From: Candidatus Woesebacteria bacterium
GTDB lineage: Bacteria; Patescibacteriota; Microgenomatia; UBA1400; PJMF01
Reading direction: 5' to 3'
DNA length: 39,500 nucleotides
NCBI GenBank assembly: GCA_017992725.1
Contig: JAGOOB010000002.1
Coordinates: 1-39,500 of the forward strand
In this document: positions 20,215 through 28,458 of the stretch, piece after piece
Layout: the number at the start of each line of letters is the position of its first letter
Position numbering within the stretch: position 1 is the stretch's first letter
Translations under genes and position numbers: made by a program
Notes under the pieces: generated by a model
Seen by the model: the letters and a program-made list of their open reading frames with translations, nothing else
The model's database searches: none
Told to the model about the DNA's origin: nothing

Positions 20215-20223
20215 ATTATACCA
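20215..20223 (-). promoter_or_regulatory. Extended -10 promoter element (TGGTATAAT)
   Basis: The minus strand reads TGGTATAAT, matching TGnTATAAT. The hexamer ends 8 nt before the ATG at 20206, implying a leaderless or near-leaderless transcript. Confidence 0.3.
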
Positions 20224-20230
20224 TTAGTCG

Positions 20231-20255
20231 AGAAAAAAAGCCAGTGATCGGCTTA
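20231..20255 (-). terminator. Rho-independent terminator after rpsA
   Basis: Hairpin with a 5-bp stem (aagcc/ggctt) and a 7-nt loop at 20238-20254. It is followed by TTTTTTT on the minus strand. An A-run on one side and a T-run on the other make it potentially bidirectional. Confidence 0.5.
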
Positions 20256-20320
20256 ATTTTTTATTGAAACACCAGTTAATAATCGATTAAAATGTTCAGT
20301 TTATTATAAGCAAATTGAAT

Positions 20321-21430
20321 TTATTTATAAGCAATTGGCAAATCTGTCTGCACAATCGATAAACTCATCCGTCGTTGCTCAGGCACTACATTTTCCACGT
20401 TGACCGTCACTTCATCACCCACTTTTAATTCCTTATTGGGATCAAGTTTGGTGGAATGAATTAAACCATCAACACCCTTTTCCACGTTAACAAAAACACC
20501 AAATGGTTCAATGCGAGTTACTTTACCAGTGAAAGTAGTTCCAGCAGCATAACGTTCTGCTAAGGTACTCCAGGGGTCTTCTTCTAATTGTTTAATTGAT
20601 AGATTTAATTTATTAGTTCTCTCATCAATACCAAGCACCTTGACTTTCACTCGATCACCAACCTTATGATAATCTCTGGGATGATTAACTTTTTCCCAAG
20701 AAATTTCGGAGATGTGAACTAAACCCTCGATATAACCAGTACTATCTTTGCCATTTTCGTCCTTGACAGGAACTTCAACCGTGACAAACAAACCAAAGTG
20801 CATCACTCCAGAAACAACTCCTTCATAGATTTCACCTTCTCGGACTGCTTCAATAGCCAAATCTTTTTGAGCCAATTCTTTAGCTTCACTAACGTGTCTT
20901 TCAGAGAAGATTAAACGATTTTTCTCACGATCAACCTCGATCGCTTTAACTTTGAAAGTTTCACCTTTTAAGGAAGGAAGCTTACCCATATACTGGCGAC
21001 CAAACTGGCTAGACGGTACAAAACCACGCACCCCATTAACTAAGACAATCAATCCGCCACGATTTAATTCAACGCCTTTGGCTTCTAAGTCTAAATCTTT
21101 ATCAAGTGCTTCCTCAAAATATTCCCATTTGGCATCGGAAGCGGCACCTTTAAGAGATAATAGTACTTGACCATTGTCGTAATCAGTGGAAATAACAATA
21201 CCCTTAATTTCATCACCAACTTTTAAATCTTCAATAAAATCATTGGCAAATTCAAATTCTTTATCAGCTACATAGGCTTCAGTTTTAGCCCCCAAATCAA
21301 TTACTAAATTTTTCTTATTTTTTTCAACGATAACACCAGTAACCGTGTCTCCTTTTTGGGGAACAACTAAATTATCAGCATTTGCTTTTAATAGTTCCTC
21401 CATTGTCATTTTTTTGGTACTCTTAGCCAT
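20321..21430 (-). CDS. rpsA: 30S ribosomal protein S1 (four S1 domains)
   Basis: ATG at 21430 (MAKSTKKMTMEELL) with an AAAGGAAC RBS; the track start at 21508 is a TTG. Repeated S1/OB motifs are present (G.V.G.V......G..V.L..G..G..H.SE). Confidence 0.9.
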   Translation of the reverse strand: MAKSTKKMTMEELLKANADNLVVPQKGDTVTGVIVEKNKKNLVIDLGAKTEAYVADKEFEFANDFIEDLKVGDEIKGIVISTDYDNGQVLLSLKGAASDAKWEYFEEALDKDLDLEAKGVELNRGGLIVLVNGVRGFVPSSQFGRQYMGKLPSLKGETFKVKAIEVDREKNRLIFSERHVSEAKELAQKDLAIEAVREGEIYEGVVSGVMHFGLFVTVEVPVKDENGKDSTGYIEGLVHISEISWEKVNHPRDYHKVGDRVKVKVLGIDERTNKLNLSIKQLEEDPWSTLAERYAAGTTFTGKVTRIEPFGVFVNVEKGVDGLIHSTKLDPNKELKVGDEVTVNVENVVPEQRRMSLSIVQTDLPIAYK

Positions 21431-21517
21431 ATCAAAATAGTTCCTTTCTTTTTGATCTGTGTATTGTAACACAAGTTTCCGGTTGTTTCCTCTAGAAAAA
21501 GATGGCAAAATAGAAAT

Positions 21518-22831
21518 ATGATAAACTGCCCAAAGATAAAAGACATTAAAAATAAAAAAATTTTAGTTAGAGTTGATTTTAACGTTCCTCTTAAACTTGT
21601 GGCTGGAAAAGCTGGTAACAAAAACGCTGTTTGGCGCGTGGCGGATAGCGATAGAATTAGCAGCGCTCTGGAAACCATCAATTTTTTACTTGATCATCAA
21701 GCAAAAGTAATTCTAATTTCACACTTAGGCCGAGCTGATGGTAAAAAAAATCATGATTTAAGCCTTTTACCAGTAGCTAAATTCTTAAAAAACAATTTAG
21801 ATTTACCAGTAGAGTTTGTTAATGATTGTGTGGGTTTTGAAGTTGCAGAAAAATCCAAAAAACTTGAAGCTGGTCAAGCTTTGTTACTGGAAAATTTACG
21901 CTTTTACCCTGGAGAGGAAAAAAACGATCTTAATTTTACTAAACAACTAATTAAAGACAGCGGAGCTGAAGTTTACATCAATGAAGCTTTTAGTGCTAGT
22001 CATCGAGCTCATGCCAGCATAGTTGGTTTGGCCAAACGTCTCCCTAGTTTTGCTGGTTTCAACTTAAAAAGAGAAGTAGAACAATTTAGTAAAGCTCTTC
22101 AGAATATCAAACGGCCCCTGGTGGTAGTAATGGGCGGAGCCAAAATCTCTGACAAAGTGACCACCATGAAAAATTTATCTAATCTAGCTGATGTGGTCTT
22201 GGTTGGAGGAGGAATAGCTAATGCCATGCTCAGGGCTGGCGGAATTGAAACTCACCACTCGTTCATTGGCGCCGACGAAGAAAAAGAGCCAGCAGAAGTA
22301 GAAAAAATCCTTAAACAGGCAAAAGAAATTCTCAGCGAACATGCTACTGAAAGAATTTTGTTTGAAAATGTCGGTGAGGATCGAAAAAATTTTCCCTTAC
22401 CAAAAATTATTTTACCCATTGATGTTGTCGCTGGTAAAGATCTAGATGCAACAACAAGTGAGGTAATTACCTTACTAACTGATGTGGCCGACACTGATCA
22501 TGATCGGGATATTAAATATCTAGACATTGGACCAGAAACCATTAGGCTTTACCGCTACATCTTGCAAGGAGCCAAGACTATCGTTTGGAACGGGCCAATG
22601 GGTGTGTTCGAGAATCCACTTTTTGCTAGAGGGAGCAGAGAGATAGCGCGAGCGATAGCGAGCGCCACCCAACATGGGGCTATTTCTCTTGTTGGTGGTG
22701 GAGAAAGCAATAGTGTCATTAATCGAGCTGGTTTGCACGATCAATTTACTCATATTTCCACTGCCGGCGGTGCTGCTTTAGAATACTTAAGTGGCGCGGA
22801 GCTACCTGGAATTAAGATCTTAGAAAAATAA
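21518..22831 (+). CDS. pgk: Phosphoglycerate kinase
   Basis: 437 aa. KKILVRVDFNVPL, ILISHLGR, ...LLENLRFYPGEEKND..., YINEAFSASHRAHAS, ...WNGPMGVFE... and ISTAGGAALEYL are canonical PGK motifs. Confidence 0.95.
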   Translation: MINCPKIKDIKNKKILVRVDFNVPLKLVAGKAGNKNAVWRVADSDRISSALETINFLLDHQAKVILISHLGRADGKKNHDLSLLPVAKFLKNNLDLPVEFVNDCVGFEVAEKSKKLEAGQALLLENLRFYPGEEKNDLNFTKQLIKDSGAEVYINEAFSASHRAHASIVGLAKRLPSFAGFNLKREVEQFSKALQNIKRPLVVVMGGAKISDKVTTMKNLSNLADVVLVGGGIANAMLRAGGIETHHSFIGADEEKEPAEVEKILKQAKEILSEHATERILFENVGEDRKNFPLPKIILPIDVVAGKDLDATTSEVITLLTDVADTDHDRDIKYLDIGPETIRLYRYILQGAKTIVWNGPMGVFENPLFARGSREIARAIASATQHGAISLVGGGESNSVINRAGLHDQFTHISTAGGAALEYLSGAELPGIKILEK

Positions 22832-22856
22832 TACTTGACTTAAGTTATTTCAAGAA

Positions 22857-24959
22857 TTAATAACTGTTTTCTATTTCTTGCAACAACGCCCGTTGTTCAT
22901 CATTTTTTGCTAATGCAAATAAATGATCAAGTAAATACCACTTGGCCTGTGGCTCTAATTCAAGCATATTAATCATCAATTGACGAAATTCAACCAGGCG
23001 ATTTTCTAAAAATAACATATCTAATTGTTCTCTATATAAATAAATATATCTATTGAAATCTCCAACAAAATGCGGCGAAATTTTTTTAAAATTCAAAGAG
23101 AATTGTACTAAATTATTCAAATCGCTTTCGTCTAGAAATAAAGCTCTTTCGGCAAAAAACACATATTGGTCAAACTCATATGACTTCTCATAAAAATAAC
23201 TAGCATTTGACCAATCACCTGCTTTATAAGCCTGCTGACCCAAGGCAAAAACTTGCTTAGCTAATTCTTGTCTTCGCCAATAGCTAATAAAGTAATCATT
23301 AGCAAAAAAATGATATTTCTCGACTAATTGAGTAAACTTCTCTAAAAGAATTTTGGCATCGTTGGTTGACCACTCCTGGAAATTAATTTTTGAAACAAAG
23401 GTAGCGGGATAGGTTTCTGCTAAATCTAAATATAATTGTTTTTTTAATTCTTGATCTATTTCTTCATCTAAATTCAAAAACCGTATAATAAAATCTGAAT
23501 CATAACGATATAAGTGATACAAACTTTGATAAGTAGTGTTGGTATAAACAGTATTATCATAGGCAGACTTTATTGCAGTGTTATAAAAAGGCGTATATTT
23601 GAGCCATTTTTTTGGATTGTTCTTTTGCCAGCTAATTGTCAAAAGATTTCCCACCAAGAAAATTAGACTAAGCAGGAATAAAAAAAGACTATAAATCAAC
23701 CAACTCCGATTACTTTTGTTTTCGATAATCGGTAAATCACGTTGTTCATCTTTTAAAATAAAAGCTAAAAAAATTAAAGTCAATAAAAATATTACAAAAA
23801 AATGCCAATCAAAATCAAACATGGCATTAAATAATGAACTACTGGCTCCTAAAAATAAAAAATTATTCAAAGATTGCTTAGATTTCTTAATCTTTAAATA
23901 ACTCTGGTGATAAAGATAAATAATTAAAAACACAAAGAGTCCACCAGCGATTAAACCTAATTCGGCCAAATTGTGTAAAAAAATGTTATGAGCGTAAGCA
24001 CTTTGTTGTTCAAATGGTAAAGGAAAACGTCTGGCAGCGAATTTAAAAGTATTTAAACCATAACCAACAAGAGGATAATTTTTTATCGTTAAGTATCCTT
24101 GTCGCCAATAAAAAAAGCGACTATTTTCTTTCAAAGATATACAAAAATCCTTATTATAAGTTTTTAAAAAACAATCATTGTTATCTAAAAACGGTAAAGA
24201 CAAGAAAATAAAAATTAAGGAGGCAAATAGAAAAACAAAAACCAGACTCTTGATTAGAGAATAAATAAATGTTTTTTGGCGTAAATTATAAAATTGCTGC
24301 TTGTTTAATAAAAGAATACAAAGAAACTGGGCAAGGACCAACAACACTCCTAAACGAGATAAACTAATCAATACTATTACATATGAGGAAATTAATAAAA
24401 AAATAGTCAAATATGTTGCTATTTTTTTACTAAAAAGATAATTTGTTTTTTTTCTGAATAAGCTCCACCACAACACGGGCAAAATTAAAAGTAAAAAAGC
24501 CACATAATGATTGTGACCATAACTCCGAACTAGGAGATTCATCCCTTGAAAAAAAATCCTAAAATTAGCATTAATGGAAAAAAATATAACCAAAATATTC
24601 AATACCAATGTTAATAGTAGTAAGTATTCGATAAAAGTTTCTACTTTTAAGAGTTTTTTATCTAACTTCAAAAAAAAGATAAATATGCTAAATGCAAACA
24701 GGTAAAACAAATATTTTTCTATGGTGAGTGGGAGATGATGAGAAAAAACACTAGCAATTAGAGACAATAATAAAAATAGAAAAGATAAAAAACTGATTTT
24801 CGAAAATCGTTTGATTTTTAAAAAAGGACTATAAATTACTAAAAAGAGTCCCCAAGCAGGAAATAAATAGAACTTGTAATCCGTCTCCATCAGAAAAAAA
24901 GATAATAAGAAAAGCAAAAAAAAGACTGGGTAAAACAATTTAGTTAATGAATTTCTCAT
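22857..24959 (-). CDS. O-antigen ligase/polymerase-like (Wzy_C) polytopic membrane protein with a C-terminal TPR-like soluble domain
   Basis: ATG at 24959 (MRNSLTKL); the track start at 24965 is a TTG. More than 10 TM helices. The Wzy_C signature is SLSRLGVLLVLAQF...YAHNIFLHNLAELGLIAGGLF. The C-terminal ~250 aa are helical with the TPR-like motif LGQQAYKAGDWSNASYFYEKSYEFD. Confidence 0.7.
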   Translation of the reverse strand: MRNSLTKLFYPVFFLLFLLSFFLMETDYKFYLFPAWGLFLVIYSPFLKIKRFSKISFLSFLFLLLSLIASVFSHHLPLTIEKYLFYLFAFSIFIFFLKLDKKLLKVETFIEYLLLLTLVLNILVIFFSINANFRIFFQGMNLLVRSYGHNHYVAFLLLILPVLWWSLFRKKTNYLFSKKIATYLTIFLLISSYVIVLISLSRLGVLLVLAQFLCILLLNKQQFYNLRQKTFIYSLIKSLVFVFLFASLIFIFLSLPFLDNNDCFLKTYNKDFCISLKENSRFFYWRQGYLTIKNYPLVGYGLNTFKFAARRFPLPFEQQSAYAHNIFLHNLAELGLIAGGLFVFLIIYLYHQSYLKIKKSKQSLNNFLFLGASSSLFNAMFDFDWHFFVIFLLTLIFLAFILKDEQRDLPIIENKSNRSWLIYSLFLFLLSLIFLVGNLLTISWQKNNPKKWLKYTPFYNTAIKSAYDNTVYTNTTYQSLYHLYRYDSDFIIRFLNLDEEIDQELKKQLYLDLAETYPATFVSKINFQEWSTNDAKILLEKFTQLVEKYHFFANDYFISYWRRQELAKQVFALGQQAYKAGDWSNASYFYEKSYEFDQYVFFAERALFLDESDLNNLVQFSLNFKKISPHFVGDFNRYIYLYREQLDMLFLENRLVEFRQLMINMLELEPQAKWYLLDHLFALAKNDEQRALLQEIENSY

Positions 24960-25076
24960 AATCAACTTACTTTAATTCAAATATTTAGTATGGCTGATAA
25001 AAAAAGCGAATGCAAATAGGATTTGGCCATTGAAATAATTGGGGAAATTTCGCGTGATTTAGTTTAGAATTAATTT

Positions 25077-26183
25077 ATGGTTCCTGCGCTTTTTTTTATA
25101 CTTAGCATATTTCTGCTTATAATGAATATCTCGGATCTAACACTGCCTTTTTATTGGGATACTGCTTGGTACTTGATTCCTACTAGCAAATTAATACATG
25201 AAAATGGCTTACTAAGTTTTATTTCATATCCTGGTAGCGATTACCCTCATACTTTTTTGTTACCTTCCCTACTAAGCTTGGCTTTTTATCTTTCAGAACC
25301 ACAAGCGACAATTAGTATTCATCTCATAGGAATTCTTTTATCGATTTTTTTCTTATTTGTTGCCTATAAGCTGGCAAAGATTTTTGTTGACAAAAAATTA
25401 GCAATTTTAATGCTTTTGCTCGTGGTTAGTAACCCAATTTTTCTTAGTCAAACCTTTTTAGTTTACTTTGAAATTATTGGCTTAGCTCTTCGGTTATTAA
25501 CTTTAAAATTTTTTCTTGAAAAAAAACCCAAAGCTTTTTTAATTACTAGTTTAGTAGCTATTTTTACTCGAATTGATAATTTTATTTTTATCAGTTGTAT
25601 GTGTCTAAATATTTTTTTTGACCAAAAGCAAAAGATTCAAGAAAAGATTGCTTTTTTAAAAAAATATTATTTACCTTCTGCAATAGTTACTTTTGCTTGG
25701 TTTTTATCCAATAAATTAATTAATGGCTGGTGGTTTTATTCACCTGAAAGGTATTTTGATGAACATCACCTCCAATCTTTCATCGAATCACTACGAGTTG
25801 TCTTTATTTATCAAGGCAGATGGGCTATTACTGTGGCAACTATTATTGGCTTAATTATCTTAATTTTGCAAAAAAGATGGAAATTAGTTTTTAATAAAAA
25901 ATTGTTAGTATTTTTCTCTGCCACTTTTCCAACTCTAATAATGATTGCCGTTCTTGGTTATGTCTTGAGTAGATATACGTTACCATTAATAATTTTTAAT
26001 TATTATTTTTTGATCATAATCTTAGATAAAATTCAAATTAAGAATAACAAACTTGGAAAAATTGCCTTTATCATTCTTTCTTTGGCAATTATTCAGTTTA
26101 ATCATAAAAACAATTGTTTTGCTGGAAATCGAGAAGACTGTCTACTAGTCAAAAATATAATTAGAGAACAATTAATCAAATGA
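25077..26183 (+). CDS. Putative GT-C fold (PMT_2/ArnT-like) membrane glycosyltransferase
   Basis: 368 aa, polytopic. The first loop, FYWDTAWYLIPTSKLIHENG...YPHTFLLPSLLSLAFYL, followed by ...FFLFVAYKLAKIF...VVSNPIFL, follows the PMT_2 pattern (acidic residue in loop 1, HPP/L motif, helix-rich core). Confidence 0.45.
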   Translation: MVPALFFILSIFLLIMNISDLTLPFYWDTAWYLIPTSKLIHENGLLSFISYPGSDYPHTFLLPSLLSLAFYLSEPQATISIHLIGILLSIFFLFVAYKLAKIFVDKKLAILMLLLVVSNPIFLSQTFLVYFEIIGLALRLLTLKFFLEKKPKAFLITSLVAIFTRIDNFIFISCMCLNIFFDQKQKIQEKIAFLKKYYLPSAIVTFAWFLSNKLINGWWFYSPERYFDEHHLQSFIESLRVVFIYQGRWAITVATIIGLIILILQKRWKLVFNKKLLVFFSATFPTLIMIAVLGYVLSRYTLPLIIFNYYFLIIILDKIQIKNNKLGKIAFIILSLAIIQFNHKNNCFAGNREDCLLVKNIIREQLIK

Positions 26184-26848
26184 CCAATAAAGATTTATTA
26201 ATTATTAAAAAAATGTTTACTCTACCCTGGCCTCTAAAAGATAAACTATTTTGTTTGTTGAGATATATTACTGCCCCTTTTAATGAAATGGAAAAAATGG
26301 TACCCAAAAAAGGAAAAATTTTAGATATTGGCTGTGGACACGGCTTATTTGAATTAATTCTAAAAAGCAAATCTAATAAAAGGGTCATCACTGCTATTGA
26401 TCCAGATTCAAAAAAAATTCAATTAGCTAAAAAAATTGAGGAATTATTTACAAATCTTAAATTTAGCGACTCTACTACAAATCTCACCAATAATAATTAT
26501 CAGATGGATTGCTGTATTTTATCTGATGTGGATTATCTATTAGATGGAAAAGGGAAAACACAAATTCTTCAACAAGCAAAATTTAATTTAAAAAACACTG
26601 GGACCATTATCTTTAAAACTGTAATTAATAATGGTAGCATTGGTTATTATCTTGGGTATTTGCAAGAACTAATTATTGTGTCTTTGCTTAAAAAAACCTA
26701 CAGCAAAAAAAATAATTTTACTTTTTTTACAATCGAAGAATATCTTAAATTATTTAAAGCTAATAACTTGTCTGTAAAAAAACAGAAAAAATTAAAAACT
26801 CTTTTTTATCACCCTCATTATGTGTTTTTACTAAAAAAAATTAAATAA
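26180..26848 (+). CDS. Class I SAM-dependent methyltransferase
   Basis: 222 aa. Motif I is KILDIGCGHGLFELIL. A post-I acidic residue (VITAIDPD) and motif II-like CCILSDVDYLL are present. ATGA overlaps the upstream gene and TAATG overlaps the downstream gene. Confidence 0.75.
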   Translation: MTNKDLLIIKKMFTLPWPLKDKLFCLLRYITAPFNEMEKMVPKKGKILDIGCGHGLFELILKSKSNKRVITAIDPDSKKIQLAKKIEELFTNLKFSDSTTNLTNNNYQMDCCILSDVDYLLDGKGKTQILQQAKFNLKNTGTIIFKTVINNGSIGYYLGYLQELIIVSLLKKTYSKKNNFTFFTIEEYLKLFKANNLSVKKQKKLKTLFYHPHYVFLLKKIK

Positions 26849-28458
26849 TGAAATATTTAACTAAAAAAAATTTGTCTTTTATTTTAGTTGTTCTAATTTT
26901 TTTAAGTGGTTTTTACTTACGCCTCACAAGATATAACTATTTCAATTATTTAAATGGTGATGAAGGAAATCATTTTCTTTTATTTGATAATTTTTTGCGT
27001 TTTAAAAAATTTTGGCTGGTTGGAGAGGGTAGTAGTCTTGGCGATTATGATCAAAATTTATACTTTCACAATTTGCCATATAGTCTTTATTTTGAATTGA
27101 TCATTTTCATTGTGGCCAATCAATCACCCTTAATTTACATGTTTCTTTATATGTTGATAAATTTGGCCTTGATTTATTTACTCTGGCAAACAACTAAAAA
27201 TTTCTTTGATGAAAAAATTGCTTTAATAGCTATATTTTTGGCAAGTTTTTCTAGATACTTGATCGGTATCAGTGTTTTCGCATCACAACCAACCAACGCT
27301 TTAATATTTGAAGCTGTCGGCTTATACCTACTGAGCTTGTTTAACAAGAAAAAAGACAAGAAATTCTTGATATTTAGCTTAATTTCATTTTTATTTGCTC
27401 TTCACATGTACCCACCAATGTATCTGTATTTACCCGTTAAAATTATCTTTCTTTTAATTTTTTTTCACAAAGAAATTGTCAAAAATAAAAAAATACTAAT
27501 CTATGCCCTACTAATTATCGTTATCAGTTACCTCCCCATGATCATTAATGAGATCAACTACTTTAACCAGGACTGCTCTAACATTTGGAATATTAGAAGT
27601 TTAATCAATAATGGAGGTTTTAATAACAATAACGAATCAGTCATTGTGAACGACAAAACACAACTCAACCAGTTCTTAGAAAGAATTATATCCTTGACTA
27701 GAGATGCCTTTAATAACATCAATGATAATTTTTATATTTACTGGTTATTCTTAATACCGATTTTATTCAGCGCTGTTGTTTTGAATCAAGATAGAAATAA
27801 GAAACTCCTAACGTATTATTTTCTACTTTCAATATTGACACCGATAATCATCTTAGGAGTATTCAAAATTGATAGATTGGATTATATTCGTGGCTTCAAT
27901 TCCTTTTATCTTATTTTAGTATTAGCTGTTGGCATTGGAAATTTAAGAAAAATTTCTAAAAACTTGTATTTTATAGGCGTATCTTTAACTGTGATTTTAA
28001 TTTTAGCTGGCACACCCATTAATGAGCCCATAGAACCAGAACTCAATCACATTAATTATCTTGAGAGAAACTTAATAATTGAGTTAATCAAAAACGATAT
28101 AGATCAAAACTCTCTTGCCCTCAATGAAATTGATATTAAGGTAATTAACCATAATTATCCCAACAACAGTGGCAATTGGGACAGTTCAATTTATTGGTAC
28201 TTATTACAAAAAGATAGTCCAATTCAATTAGTTGATTGCTCATATCCCTTTTTGACTCCAGAGAAAATTAATAAACAAACAACTACAACGTTTTATATTT
28301 GTGAATACAAAAATGATCAAGCAAACATTCAAGATTGTTTTAATAATATCTATCAAATTTACGATATTTCTCCAGAAGAAAAAACCCAGGTTTTGTTTCG
28401 GAATCGGAGACTAATTTTAATCAAATTTAATCATAATTTAATCCAGGATGAACAATAA
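26848..28458 (+). CDS. Putative GT-C fold (ArnT/PMT-like) membrane glycosyltransferase with a C-terminal extracytoplasmic domain
   Basis: 536 aa. TM1 is followed by YLNGDEGNHFLL (the acidic DE motif of GT-C loop 1). About 11 TM helices, with a soluble C-terminal ~130 aa. Confidence 0.5.
   Translation: MKYLTKKNLSFILVVLIFLSGFYLRLTRYNYFNYLNGDEGNHFLLFDNFLRFKKFWLVGEGSSLGDYDQNLYFHNLPYSLYFELIIFIVANQSPLIYMFLYMLINLALIYLLWQTTKNFFDEKIALIAIFLASFSRYLIGISVFASQPTNALIFEAVGLYLLSLFNKKKDKKFLIFSLISFLFALHMYPPMYLYLPVKIIFLLIFFHKEIVKNKKILIYALLIIVISYLPMIINEINYFNQDCSNIWNIRSLINNGGFNNNNESVIVNDKTQLNQFLERIISLTRDAFNNINDNFYIYWLFLIPILFSAVVLNQDRNKKLLTYYFLLSILTPIIILGVFKIDRLDYIRGFNSFYLILVLAVGIGNLRKISKNLYFIGVSLTVILILAGTPINEPIEPELNHINYLERNLIIELIKNDIDQNSLALNEIDIKVINHNYPNNSGNWDSSIYWYLLQKDSPIQLVDCSYPFLTPEKINKQTTTTFYICEYKNDQANIQDCFNNIYQIYDISPEEKTQVLFRNRRLILIKFNHNLIQDEQ

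Noticed and set aside
13231-20223. An integrative/conjugative element inserted next to tRNA-Ala, suggested by the TraD-like ATPase adjacent to a tRNA.
   Set aside because: There is no integrase, relaxase or VirB4, and no direct repeat of the tRNA 3' end. The tRNA is part of the rRNA unit and sits downstream of the array rather than flanking it. Composition matches the surrounding housekeeping genes.
21518-22831. PGK is about 40 aa longer than typical enzymes, which might indicate an inserted domain.
   Set aside because: By eye the extra length is spread over three short loop insertions rather than forming one domain. All catalytic motifs are intact. It is probably lineage-specific loop variation.
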